A stretch of DNA of 64,000 nt from Felis catus (Eukaryota): the NCBI RefSeq assembly GCF_018350175.1, contig NC_058374.1:82708001-82772000 (forward strand), written 5' to 3'. Positions 63,515 through 64,000 of the stretch are shown piece by piece. The notes under the pieces were generated by a model. The model was not told the DNA's origin, did no database searches, and worked only from the letters and a program-made list of their open reading frames with translations. The stretch's first letter is position 1, and the number at the start of each line of letters is the position of its first letter. A program made the translations under genes and the position numbers.

Positions 63515-63898
63515 TTTTTTTTATTTTGAGAGAAAGCGAGTGAGCGCGCGAATGGAGGAGGGGCAGAGAGAATCCCAAGTAGTATTCTCTTCCCTGGGCT
63601 CGATCTGTACCTAGGGCTACTTTGTTAGAAAGTTATAGAACTAGGATCTGAGTTCTTGTGGGATCACCAGTAAAATGGACAGCCAGTGTTCCCCCTAGTC
63701 TTTTTTTTTTTTTTTTTAAGATTTATTTTGAGAACAGAACAAGCTAGGGAGGGGTAGAGGGGAGAGACAGAATCCCAAGCAGGCTCTGCATCATCAGTGC
63801 AGAGTTTGATGTGGGGCTCGAACCCACAAACTGTGAGATCATGACCTGAACCAAGATCAAGAGTCGGACGCTTAGCTTACTGCACCACCCTGGTGCCT
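63515..63898 (-). mobile_element. Two minus-strand CanSINEs (one truncated) in COQ10A intron 2
   Basis: Poly(T) followed by reverse SINE body. Confidence 0.8.
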
Positions 63899-64000
63899 CT
63901 AGATAGTCCCTCTTAAGATCAAAATAGATAGTAAATGCAATAGCGTTCTGTGAACTACAAAATATAAGGTAACGTTAACATCATGGAAATTTGTTTGCTT

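Overview
This is mammalian genomic DNA from a felid, judged by abundant CanSINE/SINEC_Fc-type tRNA-derived SINEs. It carries the conserved gene block RNF41(-, 3' end off the left edge), NABP2(+), SLC39A5(+), ANKRD52(-) and COQ10A(+, first two exons). I traced exon structures by hand from GT-AG sites and reading-frame continuity against the human proteins recalled from memory. The RNF41 5' introns are packed with nested SINEs plus L1/L2/MIR/MER20 fragments and hide a HIGD2A processed pseudogene. Thirteen N blocks of 128-245 nt fall preferentially on conserved exons and preserve the expected exon lengths, so they look like masking rather than real gaps. I see no convincing wholly new biological system. 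The best leads are the HIGD2A retrocopy with a surviving chimeric ORF, loss and gain of ATM/DNA-PK S/T-Q sites in NABP2, three uORFs in the RNF41 leader, a compact DR1/HNF1/UPRE module upstream of SLC39A5, the ci-ankrd52-type intron, and inverted young SINE pairs.
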